Shown here piece by piece: positions 1 through 8,229 of a stretch of 50,975 nucleotides of DNA. Source of the stretch: Candidatus Yanofskybacteria bacterium (GTDB lineage: Bacteria; Patescibacteriota; Minisyncoccia; 2-02-FULL-40-12; GWA2-44-9); NCBI GenBank assembly GCA_003151795.1, contig PLYL01000022.1:1-50975 (forward strand). Direction: 5' to 3'. Position 1 is the first letter of the stretch; each line of letters starts with the position of its first letter. The notes beneath the pieces were generated by a model. That model was given only the letters and a program-made list of their open reading frames with translations, searched no databases and was not told where the DNA came from. Both the position numbers and the translations under genes were made by a program.

Positions 1-5
1 GGCAG

Positions 6-95
6 AACCCCGAAAGAAAAACACCCTTTCCTTTTTCAAAAGAAATTTCACCCCCGCCAAATCAGAAATGCAAGGAGTGTTTTTCTTTCGGGGTT
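6..95. repeat. 19-bp stem hairpin upstream of LSR1
   Basis: aaccccgaaagaaaaacac (6-24) / gtgtttttctttcggggtt (77-95). Confidence 0.85.
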
Positions 96-157
96 GCCGA
101 GGCTCTGCGAGGCAGTGGCGGGACGATTCATTCTCGCTCAAAAAAAGTTCGAGCAAA

Positions 158-166
158 TGATATAAT
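158..166 (+). promoter_or_regulatory. Extended -10 promoter candidate for LSR1
   Basis: TGaTATAAT immediately upstream of the CCACCA core of the internal repeat. Confidence 0.55.
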
Positions 167-170
167 GACA

Positions 171-302
171 CCACCAAACGAAACATTGTCGGAATTAAGA
201 AAACGGAGCGATTTTGCGGGAGCCAAAATCGCGCTATCATTTTTTTCAAAACCCTTTCCGCCTACGGCGGAAGCCGTGAATTCCCAAAGCTCCCCCCAAT
301 TG
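171..302. repeat. 132-bp inverted copy of 1717-1848 (LSR1 3' end plus tRNA CCACCA)
   Basis: ccaccaaacgaaacattgtc...ctccccccaattg is the reverse complement of caattggggggag...gacaatgtttcgtttggtgg. Confidence 0.95.
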
Positions 303-1848
303 AAATCATGAAAGAACTCAAACCAAAATATTTTCTCTACGCGAGGAAATCAACAGAGGATGATGACCACCAGATAATGTCTATTGAGGCACAGCTTTTT
401 GAATTGCACGAATATGCGCGTAGAGAAAATCTTGAAATTCTTGAGGAATTTCAAGAGTCGAAAAGCGCAAAGAAACCGGGTCGTGAACTATTTAACGAAA
501 TGATGGCCCGCATTGAAAATATGGACGGCGTAGGCATCCTCGCGTGGCATCCAGACCGTCTTGCTCGCAATAGTGTCGACGGCGGGCGCATCATTTACGC
601 AGTAGACACGACCAAAATAGTTTCTTTACGCTTTCCGACATTTTGGTTTGAGCCAACTCCGCAAGGCAAATTTATGTTGCAGGTGGCGTTCGGACAGAGT
701 AAGTATTACAGCGATAATCTAGTTGAAAATATTACGCGTGGTATCCGCCAAAAAGTCCGTCGAGGCGAGTGGTTGGTGCGCGCTCCCTTTGGCTATGTGA
801 ATAATCCAAAAACGAGAAATATTGAACCTCACCCGACTAAATCTCGCATTGTGGTGAAAGCGTTTGAAGAATACGCCAAAGGGACGCACACCCTCGGCAC
901 TATCGCGGACTTTTTGGCGGATCACGGCGTGAGTACGAAAGGAACGCCACCTGCCAAAGCTTCCGTCGCTCGTATGCTCTCAAATCGTGTCTATCTCGGC
1001 TTTACATACCACAAGGGCGAGTATTACGACGGAAGCTTTGCGCCAATTATTTCTCCGACACTGTTTGAAGCAGTCCAAAAAATGCTTGCGAAAAAATCTC
1101 GCCCTCGCGTGCAAAAAGTACCGAACCATTTTCCATTTGCACAATTCGCTCGGTGCGGTGAGTGCGGAAGTATGATTACGGCTCAATATGCGACAAATCG
1201 TTTTGGTACTAAATATACTTACTATCGCTGTACCAAAAAGAAAGGTGTTTGTCATCAGCCGTATCTATCATCTTCCGCACTCATTTCGCAAGCAAAAAAT
1301 CTGCTTCAATCAGTGTCGCTTCCTCTTTCAGAAATTGAGAACATGGAAAAGCAAATTGACTTGTGGGACAAAGAGTCAATTTCCGAAAGAGGAAGTGTTG
1401 CCCAAAATCTTAAAACCAAACTTTCCGAAACGAAGGAGAAGCTGGACAAACTTGTTTCCATTTATCTTGACGGCGATATTGAACGCGAAATATATTTACA
1501 GCGAAAAGACCTTCTCCTTCGTCAGAAAGCAACGTTTGAGGAAAGTTTTAAGGATTTTGGGCAACAGAGAAAAAATTGGGTCGAACCCTTGCGGAGTTTC
1601 GTTTTGTCTTTGAGAGAAGCCGTTATTTTGGAAAAAAGCGAAAACTATTTCGCATGGAAAGAGTTTTTCCAAAAAATCGGCTCTAACCCTATTCTCAAAG
1701 ACAAAACGCTTTCATGCAATTGGGGGGAGCTTTGGGAATTCACGGCTTCCGCCGTAGGCGGAAAGGGTTTTGAAAAAAATGATAGCGCGATTTTGGCTCC
1801 CGCAAAATCGCTCCGTTTTCTTAATTCCGACAATGTTTCGTTTGGTGG
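171..1848. mobile_element. LSR integrative element 1 at the tRNA-Ala(GGC) 3' end; left part continues beyond the window start
   Basis: LSR gene reads into the antisense tRNA 3' end; 132-bp inverted repeat 171-302 / 1717-1848 ends at the tRNA CCACCA. Confidence 0.8.
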
Positions 1849-1864
1849 ACCGTACCGGACTTGA
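308..1864 (+). CDS. Large serine recombinase (resolvase, recombinase and Zn-ribbon domains plus coiled coil)
   Basis: YARKS catalytic motif, DRLARN, PFGY, CGECG...YYRC...C. Confidence 0.95.
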   Translation: MKELKPKYFLYARKSTEDDDHQIMSIEAQLFELHEYARRENLEILEEFQESKSAKKPGRELFNEMMARIENMDGVGILAWHPDRLARNSVDGGRIIYAVDTTKIVSLRFPTFWFEPTPQGKFMLQVAFGQSKYYSDNLVENITRGIRQKVRRGEWLVRAPFGYVNNPKTRNIEPHPTKSRIVVKAFEEYAKGTHTLGTIADFLADHGVSTKGTPPAKASVARMLSNRVYLGFTYHKGEYYDGSFAPIISPTLFEAVQKMLAKKSRPRVQKVPNHFPFAQFARCGECGSMITAQYATNRFGTKYTYYRCTKKKGVCHQPYLSSSALISQAKNLLQSVSLPLSEIENMEKQIDLWDKESISERGSVAQNLKTKLSETKEKLDKLVSIYLDGDIEREIYLQRKDLLLRQKATFEESFKDFGQQRKNWVEPLRSFVLSLREAVILEKSENYFAWKEFFQKIGSNPILKDKTLSCNWGELWEFTASAVGGKGFEKNDSAILAPAKSLRFLNSDNVSFGGPYRT

Positions 1865-1918
1865 ACCGGTGACCTCTTCGATGCCATCGAAGCGCTCTAC
1901 CAGCTGAGCTAACGGCCC
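1843..1918 (-). tRNA. tRNA-Ala(GGC)
   Basis: GGGCCGTTAGCTCAGCTGGTAGAGCG-CTTCG-ATGGCAT-CGAAG...GGTTCAAGTCC...GGTCCACCA; G3:U70 pair. Confidence 0.97.
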
Positions 1919-1984
1919 ATACAGAACAAGCGTATACATACTAGTACACTTTCAATTGTTCTAATGTTCTGATATAATTATATC

Positions 1985-2590
1985 ATGAGAAGACACAGTA
2001 ATCAAACTATTACTCGCCTAAAGTTTCTGAGAAAAAAGGGGCACAGTATTGAAACACTTGTAAGAGAAATGTCCCTGCCCAAAACAACCATCTGGCACCA
2101 TATTCACAAAATTAAGCTGGCGGAAAAATATAGAAAAATATTAAAAGCAAACCAAGGAGGAAGTCGGTTAAAAAAAGAGAGGGATTTATTTCGGGCCCAA
2201 GAAGAGGCGAAAAAATTACTTGAGACTCCTGATAAATATTTATATGCTACTATCGCTTCTCTTTATTGGGCAGAGGGGAGCAGGGCTAGATGTGAACTCG
2301 TAAATACAGATGGGGAAATGATTAAACTTTACTTAAAAATACTTAGAAATTATCTAAAAATTCCAGAGGATAAAATTGAAGCAGTACTAAGGATTTTTTC
2401 AAATCACGAAAGAAACGAGTGTTTAGGTTATTGGTCTAATATCACTGGGATACCTAAAAATAAATTTATTATTTTTACAAATGATGGTGGCAATAGGGGT
2501 CGAGGTCATGGAATGTGCAGAATAGTTATAAGAAAGGGTGGATACACCTTAAAATTATTTAGAGCTATAATTAACGAGCTTTGCAAATAG
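1985..2590 (+). CDS. HTH plus LAGLIDADG-like domain protein between divergent tRNAs
   Basis: N-terminal HTH (SIETLVREMSLPKTTIW); LYWAEGS...LVNTD motif; YWS..TGIP; AT-rich. Confidence 0.6.
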   Translation: MRRHSNQTITRLKFLRKKGHSIETLVREMSLPKTTIWHHIHKIKLAEKYRKILKANQGGSRLKKERDLFRAQEEAKKLLETPDKYLYATIASLYWAEGSRARCELVNTDGEMIKLYLKILRNYLKIPEDKIEAVLRIFSNHERNECLGYWSNITGIPKNKFIIFTNDGGNRGRGHGMCRIVIRKGGYTLKLFRAIINELCK

Positions 2591-2597
2591 ATAAATT

Positions 2598-2670
2598 GTC
2601 CCGGTAGCTTAATGGATTAAGCAGCCCCGTCCTAAGGGGAAGACTGCAGGTTCAAGTCCTGCCCGGGACA
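2598..2670 (+). tRNA. tRNA-Arg(CCT)
   Basis: GTCCCGG/CCGGGAC acceptor stem, GTCCTAA anticodon loop, GGTTCAAGTCC T arm. Confidence 0.93.
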
Positions 2671-2678
2671 CATACAAA

Positions 2679-4112
2679 ATGCGATTACCGAAAGAAGTAC
2701 AATCGATTCTCTCAACCCTCAAAGAAGGGGGTTTTGAGGCGTATGTTGTCGGGGGATGTGTCCGTGATCTAATCGTCGGCAATGTGCCCAAAGACTGGGA
2801 TGTGACGACCAATGCCCCGCCCGAGAAAATTCAGGAACTTTTTCCCGAACACGTCTACGAAAACACGTTCGGCACCGTCGGCGTAAAGACGGGTTCCGCC
2901 GACCCAGTGCTCGCGCTGGTAGAAGTTACGCCCTACCGCACCGAAGGCAAGTATAGCGACAAACGCCATCCCGACAATGTAAAATTCGCGGCCAGGCTTG
3001 AAGACGACCTCTCGCGCCGCGACTTTACTATCAACGCGCTGGCGATGGATATTGAGGGCAACATTATCGATCCGTTCGAGGGCAAGAAAGACCTCAAAAA
3101 CAAAATTGTCCGCACGGTCGGCGCGGCCGAACAACGCTTCAACGAAGACGCTCTGCGCCTGCTCCGGGCGATTCGCTTCGCGGCCCAGCTTGGATTTGAG
3201 ATTGATTTGGAAACACAAACCGCGGTAAAGAAAAATGCCGAGTGGCTCCGCGCGATTTCCAAAGAACGTATCCGCGATGAATTCGTTAAAATTATCGAAT
3301 CGGATCAGGGCTACGAGGGTATCTTGTTATTGGAGGAACTGGGCCTCATGAAATACATCGTGCCCGAACTGCGAGAGGGTATCGGCATCGACCAGAATCT
3401 CCACCACATCTACACAGTCTGGGAACATAATACTCGAGCCATGAAATACGCGGTTGAGAAAAAATATTCTCTGGCTATTCGGCTGGGTGCCTTGTTCCAC
3501 GACATCGGCAAGCCCCGCACCAAACGCGGCGAGGGGAAGCACGCGACATTCTATGGCCACGAAGTCGTTGGCGCCCGCATGGCGGCCGGCATCATGGATA
3601 CGTTGAAATTTCCGAAAGATATCGGCGAAAAAATCGTAAAGCTTGTCCGCTATCATATGTTTTACTACAACGTCGACGAAGTCACCGAATCTTCGGTGCG
3701 CCGATTGCTAGTCAATGTCGGCCAGGAAAATGTCGAAGACCTGCTCAAAATCCGCGAAGCCGACCGGATTGGTTCGGGCCGGCCCAAAGCCATTCCGTAT
3801 AAACTCCGCCATCTCAAATACATCATCGACAAAGTTTCGCATGACCCCATCTCGGTCAAAATGCTCAAGGTCAACGGCGAAGACGTCATGGGCAAGCTTG
3901 CTTCGGGGCCTGGCGCTAAAATTGGACTGGTCTTGAATTGCTTGCTGGCCGAGGTGCTGGATGACCCGGCCAAGAATACTAAAGAGTATTTGATAGAACG
4001 CATCCGCGAACTCGACAAGCAGTCGCCCGAAAATTTAAAAAAGGCCCTGGAAAAAATCGAGCGGGCCCAAGAAGAAGAGGAAAAAGAACGAGCGAAAAAG
4101 TACTATGTTTAG
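2679..4112 (+). CDS. cca: CCA tRNA nucleotidyltransferase with HD domain
   Basis: VGGCVRD, DWD, RRDFTINA, EDALRLLRAIRF, HDIGK. Confidence 0.93.
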   Translation: MRLPKEVQSILSTLKEGGFEAYVVGGCVRDLIVGNVPKDWDVTTNAPPEKIQELFPEHVYENTFGTVGVKTGSADPVLALVEVTPYRTEGKYSDKRHPDNVKFAARLEDDLSRRDFTINALAMDIEGNIIDPFEGKKDLKNKIVRTVGAAEQRFNEDALRLLRAIRFAAQLGFEIDLETQTAVKKNAEWLRAISKERIRDEFVKIIESDQGYEGILLLEELGLMKYIVPELREGIGIDQNLHHIYTVWEHNTRAMKYAVEKKYSLAIRLGALFHDIGKPRTKRGEGKHATFYGHEVVGARMAAGIMDTLKFPKDIGEKIVKLVRYHMFYYNVDEVTESSVRRLLVNVGQENVEDLLKIREADRIGSGRPKAIPYKLRHLKYIIDKVSHDPISVKMLKVNGEDVMGKLASGPGAKIGLVLNCLLAEVLDDPAKNTKEYLIERIRELDKQSPENLKKALEKIERAQEEEEKERAKKYYV

Positions 4113-4152
4113 TCCTAGTAAAATACTGAGAATCTGATAAAATAGCTCGATA

Positions 4153-4223
4153 CGGGCCGGAGTATGCCAGTCGTACGCACGATTCGGGTTCGTGAAGACC
4201 GAGTGCAATTCTCGGCGGCCCGA
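4153..4223 (+). tRNA. tRNA-Pro(CGG) with atypical D and T loops
   Basis: CGGGCCG/CGGCCCG acceptor stem, CACGA-TTCGGGT-TCGTG anticodon arm, CCGAG-TGCAATT-CTCGG T arm. Confidence 0.85.
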
Positions 4224-4227
4224 AGGA

Positions 4228-4280
4228 TTGACGGAAATTTTTAGAGAGAGTACACTTAATTGTAACAAAGATTATTACAA
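4228..4280 (+). promoter_or_regulatory. Sigma70 promoter and palindromic operator of the TA operon
   Basis: TTGACG-17 bp-TACACT, followed by TTGTAA-N9-TTACAA. Confidence 0.6.
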
Positions 4281-4286
4281 AAAATA

Positions 4287-4499
4287 ATGAGAAACATTAT
4301 AAATATTTCGTTACCAAAAGAACTTGTGATGTCAGTAAAAAAAGAAGTTAAAAGGGGCAATTTTGCCAGTACAAGCGAATATTTCCGCCATCTTTTGCGC
4401 ATCCAGAAAGCGGCAAATGAGATCGAGGAAGCGCGTAACGACTGGGAGAATGGCCGTAAGAATTGGAAAGTATTGAAATCGCTTAAGGAATTGATGTAG
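4287..4499 (+). CDS. Ribbon-helix-helix (ParD-like) antitoxin
   Basis: INISLP...GNFASTSEYFRHLLR; lies directly upstream of a RelE-like toxin. Confidence 0.8.
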   Translation: MRNIINISLPKELVMSVKKEVKRGNFASTSEYFRHLLRIQKAANEIEEARNDWENGRKNWKVLKSLKELM

Positions 4500-4503
4500 G
4501 CTA

Positions 4504-4761
4504 ATGAAAATCTTTTACCACGCGAACTTCAAACAACAGTTTAAAAAGTTGCATCGCAATATACAGCTCTCGGCGTTGCACAAGGAACAAATTTTCAAAA
4601 TTGACCCATTTGATAAAAGCCTCGAGACCCACAAACTTCACGGACCGTTTAAAAACTCGTGGGCTTTTTCCGTGAACAACAAGTACAGGATAGCTTTTGA
4701 TTTTATGGACAATGATTTAGTTCTTTTCTTCGCCATAGGCACCCACGATATTTATAAATAA
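4504..4761 (+). CDS. RelE/ParE superfamily toxin
   Basis: 85 aa; HKLHG, YRIAF, IGTHDIY. Confidence 0.85.
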   Translation: MKIFYHANFKQQFKKLHRNIQLSALHKEQIFKIDPFDKSLETHKLHGPFKNSWAFSVNNKYRIAFDFMDNDLVLFFAIGTHDIYK

Positions 4762-4774
4762 AGAATATACGGCC

Positions 4775-5452
4775 ATGCGCGTCGCGATTTTTGGGAACAA
4801 TAAAGCTGAAGCGGAAAATCTGGCCGAGAAGGCCGGCTTCACTTTGGCTGATGACAAGCTGGATTTTGTCGTCAGTTACGGCGGAGATGGCACGTTTATG
4901 AAATCAGAGTTCGCGTATCCAGGCGTGCCGAAAATAGTTTTGAAAGATAGCCAAATCTGCAAAGTCTGTTCGGCATTTCCGAACGATGAAGTGCTGGCCA
5001 AAGTCCGAGCGGGGAGCTATGAGATTAGACCGCTCATCAAACTTGAAGCCACCGCCAATGGCCGGGCTATCACCGCCATGAACGATATCATCGTCCATAA
5101 CTCCGACCCGCGCCATGGCATCCGGTATCAAATTTGGTCAGATGGCCGTCAATTCGGCGATACCATCATCGGCGACGGCGTCGTCGTGGCCACGCCGTTC
5201 GGTTCCACGGCCTACTACCGAAGCATCACCGACAGCTTCTTTGAAACCGGCCTCGGCTTGGCCTTCAACAACAGCACCGAGCAGATGGACCATGTCGTCC
5301 TTGATGACCAGAAGACTATCAAGATTAAAATCACCCGCGGTATGGTCGGTGTCTACGCCGATAATCAGGAAGAACATTTAAACCTAAAAGAAGATGACGA
5401 AGTGGTAATTAAAAAATCAGCTTCGGTCGCACAGTGGGTAATAGTGAAATAG
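4775..5452 (+). CDS. nadK: NAD(+) kinase
   Basis: GGDGT, ND, GDGVVVATPFGSTAY. Confidence 0.9.
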   Translation: MRVAIFGNNKAEAENLAEKAGFTLADDKLDFVVSYGGDGTFMKSEFAYPGVPKIVLKDSQICKVCSAFPNDEVLAKVRAGSYEIRPLIKLEATANGRAITAMNDIIVHNSDPRHGIRYQIWSDGRQFGDTIIGDGVVVATPFGSTAYYRSITDSFFETGLGLAFNNSTEQMDHVVLDDQKTIKIKITRGMVGVYADNQEEHLNLKEDDEVVIKKSASVAQWVIVK

Positions 5453-5462
5453 CTTAATAATT

Positions 5463-5652
5463 GGGCCTGTCGTAAAGTGGTATTATACGACATTCGTTCA
5501 CCCGCCCAAACTTTCCCCTGGGCCCATAGCTCAGCTGGTAGAGCGCGTCATTCGCATTGACGAGGCCGCCGGTTCGAATCCGGCTGGGTCCACAGGAAAG
5601 TTTAGGCGGGCAAGTTGCCGGGTCGGGAGTCCGATTCTCCCCAGGTCCACCA
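5463..5652 (+). tRNA. Interrupted tRNA-Ala-like gene (outer), with a roughly 115-nt insert in the anticodon loop
   Basis: 5' half GGGCCTG-TC-GTAA-AGTGGTA-TTAT-A-CGACA-TTCG; 3' half TGCCG-GGTC-GGGAG-TCCGATT-CTCCC-CAGGTCC-ACCA; G3:U70 pair. Confidence 0.75.
5520..5592 (+). tRNA. tRNA-Ala(CGC), nested inside the outer tRNA-like gene
   Basis: Canonical cloverleaf: GGGCCCA/TGGGTCC, CGTCA-TTCGCAT-TGACG, GGTTCGAATCC. Confidence 0.96.
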
Positions 5653-7119
5653 GAGAGGAAATTGCAAGTTTTTGGGCATAGGGCCGCCGCAGGCGGCCAC
5701 CAAATCGTAAGGAATTTTGGGCGAAAAAAGCAGTTGGCGATTCTGCAAAATGCAGTTCGAGCCGATATTTTTAAGAAATGTTGTCATTTCCGATTTGTTT
5801 TCAAATTCAAGCAGTTTAGAGGCTTGATTCAAGGACAAAACAAACTCACGAGCCGGTTCGAGCCAAGATAATCCTATTTGTTCAAAATCCGTAATTTTCT
5901 CGCCAAGCCCTACCTTTTGGATAACAAGGATTTCCTTTCTTACTTTGTAGTCATCGGCAGAAATGACCTCGTTAAGATATACGTCAAGAAGTTTTTGGAG
6001 TTTGGCCTCAATCTTGGTTAATTCTGTTTTGAAATTTTGAACAGTAGTTTTAGCTTCCTCTTTTGCTCGGCTTTCATCTTTTTCTAGCTCGGCTAAAACT
6101 TTCTTGGTGTCTTGGCTTGACAAAGAAACTTTTTGAAGAAACGACTTAACTTGTTTATATAGTTCTTCATCTCGCAAAAAATACTTTTCTTGGCACGGCC
6201 CTTTCTTTTTCGTGCACCGATAGTAAATATATTCTCTACCGCTTGGCTTGATTTTCTTTTCGGCTGTTATAGCTGCAGAACAAGGACATTTCATTAAGCC
6301 AAGAAAAGCAAAATTATGTTTCTTAATTTTTTGCGATTTTCCTTTTTCTCGCATGATCTCTTGTACTCTATCAAAAAGTTTCTTTGAAATAAGCGGCTCG
6401 TGAGTTCCTTGGAAAATTTCTCCTTTGTATTTCATCAGCCCTATATAAAAAACATTTTGGAGTATTTTAGGGACTTGCGAGATATACATACCTTTATCCA
6501 AATTGCTTTTGGTACTTACTCGCATATACCACTCGGCTAATTCTCGGAGGTTGTAATTTCCAGTGGCATAAAGCTCAAAAAGTTTTTTTACTTTGCGGGC
6601 TTTTTCTGTATTAACATCAATCCCGCGTGTCTTTGGATTATTGAGATAGCCGAGCGGTGCTTTGCTAGGCCAAACTCCGTTTCTCACTTTTTGTCTCATC
6701 CCACGAGTTACATTTTCACGTAGGGCGTCCACATAATATTTTGATTGGCCAAAAGCAATTTGGAGCATAAAAAGTCCTTGTGGCGTTGGTTCAAACCAAA
6801 ATGTTGGAAATTTCAACGCTTTAATCAAGCCGCGATCTATCATGTGAATTATTCTTCCGCCATCTACGGAATTACGAGCAAGACGGTCGGGATTCCACGA
6901 AAGTATGCCGTCCGCTTTTCCTCTCTCAATCAATGCCAACATTTCTGCGAATTTAATTCGCCCAGGTTCTTTGGCAGTTTTTGCCTCTTGAAGAGAGGCG
7001 ACGATTTCAAGTTTTTCTTTGGCGGCAAATTCTTTTAACTCAAAGATTTGGGCCTCAATACTCAAAATTTGTCTATCGTCATCTTCGGTGCTCTTGCGAG
7101 CGTAAAGTATATATTTCAT
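5602..7119 (-). CDS. Large serine recombinase
   Basis: YARKS, DRLARN, PLGY, CPC...YYRC...C, coiled coil; C-terminus reads into the antisense tRNA. Confidence 0.95.
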   Translation of the reverse strand: MKYILYARKSTEDDDRQILSIEAQIFELKEFAAKEKLEIVASLQEAKTAKEPGRIKFAEMLALIERGKADGILSWNPDRLARNSVDGGRIIHMIDRGLIKALKFPTFWFEPTPQGLFMLQIAFGQSKYYVDALRENVTRGMRQKVRNGVWPSKAPLGYLNNPKTRGIDVNTEKARKVKKLFELYATGNYNLRELAEWYMRVSTKSNLDKGMYISQVPKILQNVFYIGLMKYKGEIFQGTHEPLISKKLFDRVQEIMREKGKSQKIKKHNFAFLGLMKCPCSAAITAEKKIKPSGREYIYYRCTKKKGPCQEKYFLRDEELYKQVKSFLQKVSLSSQDTKKVLAELEKDESRAKEEAKTTVQNFKTELTKIEAKLQKLLDVYLNEVISADDYKVRKEILVIQKVGLGEKITDFEQIGLSWLEPAREFVLSLNQASKLLEFENKSEMTTFLKNIGSNCILQNRQLLFSPKIPYDLVAACGGPMPKNLQFPLWWTWGESDSRPGNLPA

Positions 7120-7152
7120 ATGGTTTTGATTAAAAATTTTCTTTTCCCAAAA

Positions 7153-7253
7153 TGCAGAATCGCCAACTGCTTTTTTCGCCCAAAATTCCTTACGATTTGG
7201 TGGCCGCCTGCGGCGGCCCTATGCCCAAAAACTTGCAATTTCCTCTCTGGTGG
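7153..7253. repeat. 101-bp inverted copy of 5647-5747
   Basis: tgcagaatcgcc...ctctggtgg is the reverse complement of ccaccagag...ggcgattctgca. Confidence 0.95.
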
Positions 7254-7338
7254 TCTATTCTTAAAGTAGTTCGGACGCATTTCGCCGCCAAGGGCGGCGG
7301 GGATCTGGCCAAAAATTCCGAACCGAAATTCTGAACTT
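7250..7338. repeat. 89-bp inverted copy of 8294-8382
   Basis: gtggtctattcttaaag...ttctgaactt is the reverse complement of aagttcagaa...ctttaagaatagaccac. Confidence 0.95.
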
Positions 7339-7446
7339 AAAAACTGCCAAAGAACCTGATAAAAATATCGGCTCGGACCGCATTTTAATTTTGGGAAAAG
7401 AAAATTTTTAATCATTTATTATTAAATCATTAAGCATATAATTTTT

Positions 7447-8229
7447 ATGTCTAACGAAGAATACAAACCAATACCCAAGGAGGTTACAGGCGCAGAAACA
7501 TCTATGCCTGCTGAGCATAGTGAGGCAAGAAGCAAAGATTACAAAACATACGACATTCCAAGACTCACACTAGATTTAACCAACGAACTTGAAACCAAGC
7601 TTATTGTCCCACTTGAAGAAGCTCGTCAAGTCAAGGCTGCTTTAGAATCACTCGAAGATCTTGCGAAGCGTGTTCCAATTAGAATCATCAAAAGTTCTTT
7701 TTCTGGCGGTAGTGGTCGTGCAGATCCTCATAACGAAGGTCCCGGCCCGTGGGCTCCTGAAACAGCAATTAGATACTTGGAATTAGAAGGTCCAGAAGTT
7801 GGATCCCTCAACGAACTTGCATCATCTCTTCGCTATCTAATTGTGGATTTTAACACCGCGAGGAAAGCTGCTGTATCAATTAAACAACAAGGTGGATCAG
7901 GGAAGAAGGCTTTTATTATGATACCTAATTCTGAAGAGAATGGCCTCTATGTAAATCTACATAAGGCCATAGATAAGAAGGGTATAATCGACCACTTTGA
8001 ACCAATAGCACAAGCCAAACTGGATAATGTCACTCAGGAGTGGATTCCACGACTTAGGTCTAATATAAAGAGTACTTTCTTAAAGGCAGTGGAGATTCTT
8101 CGAGAATCCGCTGCAAATCCATCAAGTTGGTCGGATTCGAGTGACCCCTCAACATTCCCCAAGGATCGTCCTGAAACTCTCTTGAGTTTAGCAAAGGAAA
8201 TTGAGGAAATGGAAAGACATATAAACTGA
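7447..8229 (+). CDS. Hypothetical protein, sole cargo of element 2
   Basis: 260-aa ORF with ATG start, divergent from the LSR; no recognised motif. Confidence 0.75.
   Translation: MSNEEYKPIPKEVTGAETSMPAEHSEARSKDYKTYDIPRLTLDLTNELETKLIVPLEEARQVKAALESLEDLAKRVPIRIIKSSFSGGSGRADPHNEGPGPWAPETAIRYLELEGPEVGSLNELASSLRYLIVDFNTARKAAVSIKQQGGSGKKAFIMIPNSEENGLYVNLHKAIDKKGIIDHFEPIAQAKLDNVTQEWIPRLRSNIKSTFLKAVEILRESAANPSSWSDSSDPSTFPKDRPETLLSLAKEIEEMERHIN

Noticed and set aside
171-1848. IS element with terminal inverted repeats
   Set aside because: The enzyme is an LSR, not a DDE transposase; the repeat overlaps the CDS and the tRNA end; no target duplication is visible.
5497-5613. Group I intron in the outer tRNA
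   Set aside because: The insert is too short, is filled by a stem plus a tRNA, and shows no catalytic core elements.
5463-5652. tmRNA, suggested by the Ala-type acceptor stem and CCA
   Set aside because: Only 190 nt, has a true D arm and anticodon stem, and shows no tag reading frame; the interior is a tRNA.
7152-7334. Independent 60-aa gene, and ORFs 5557-5871, 7048-7269 and 7116-7415
   Set aside because: These are by-products of the inverted copy of the LSR 3' end, not separate genes.
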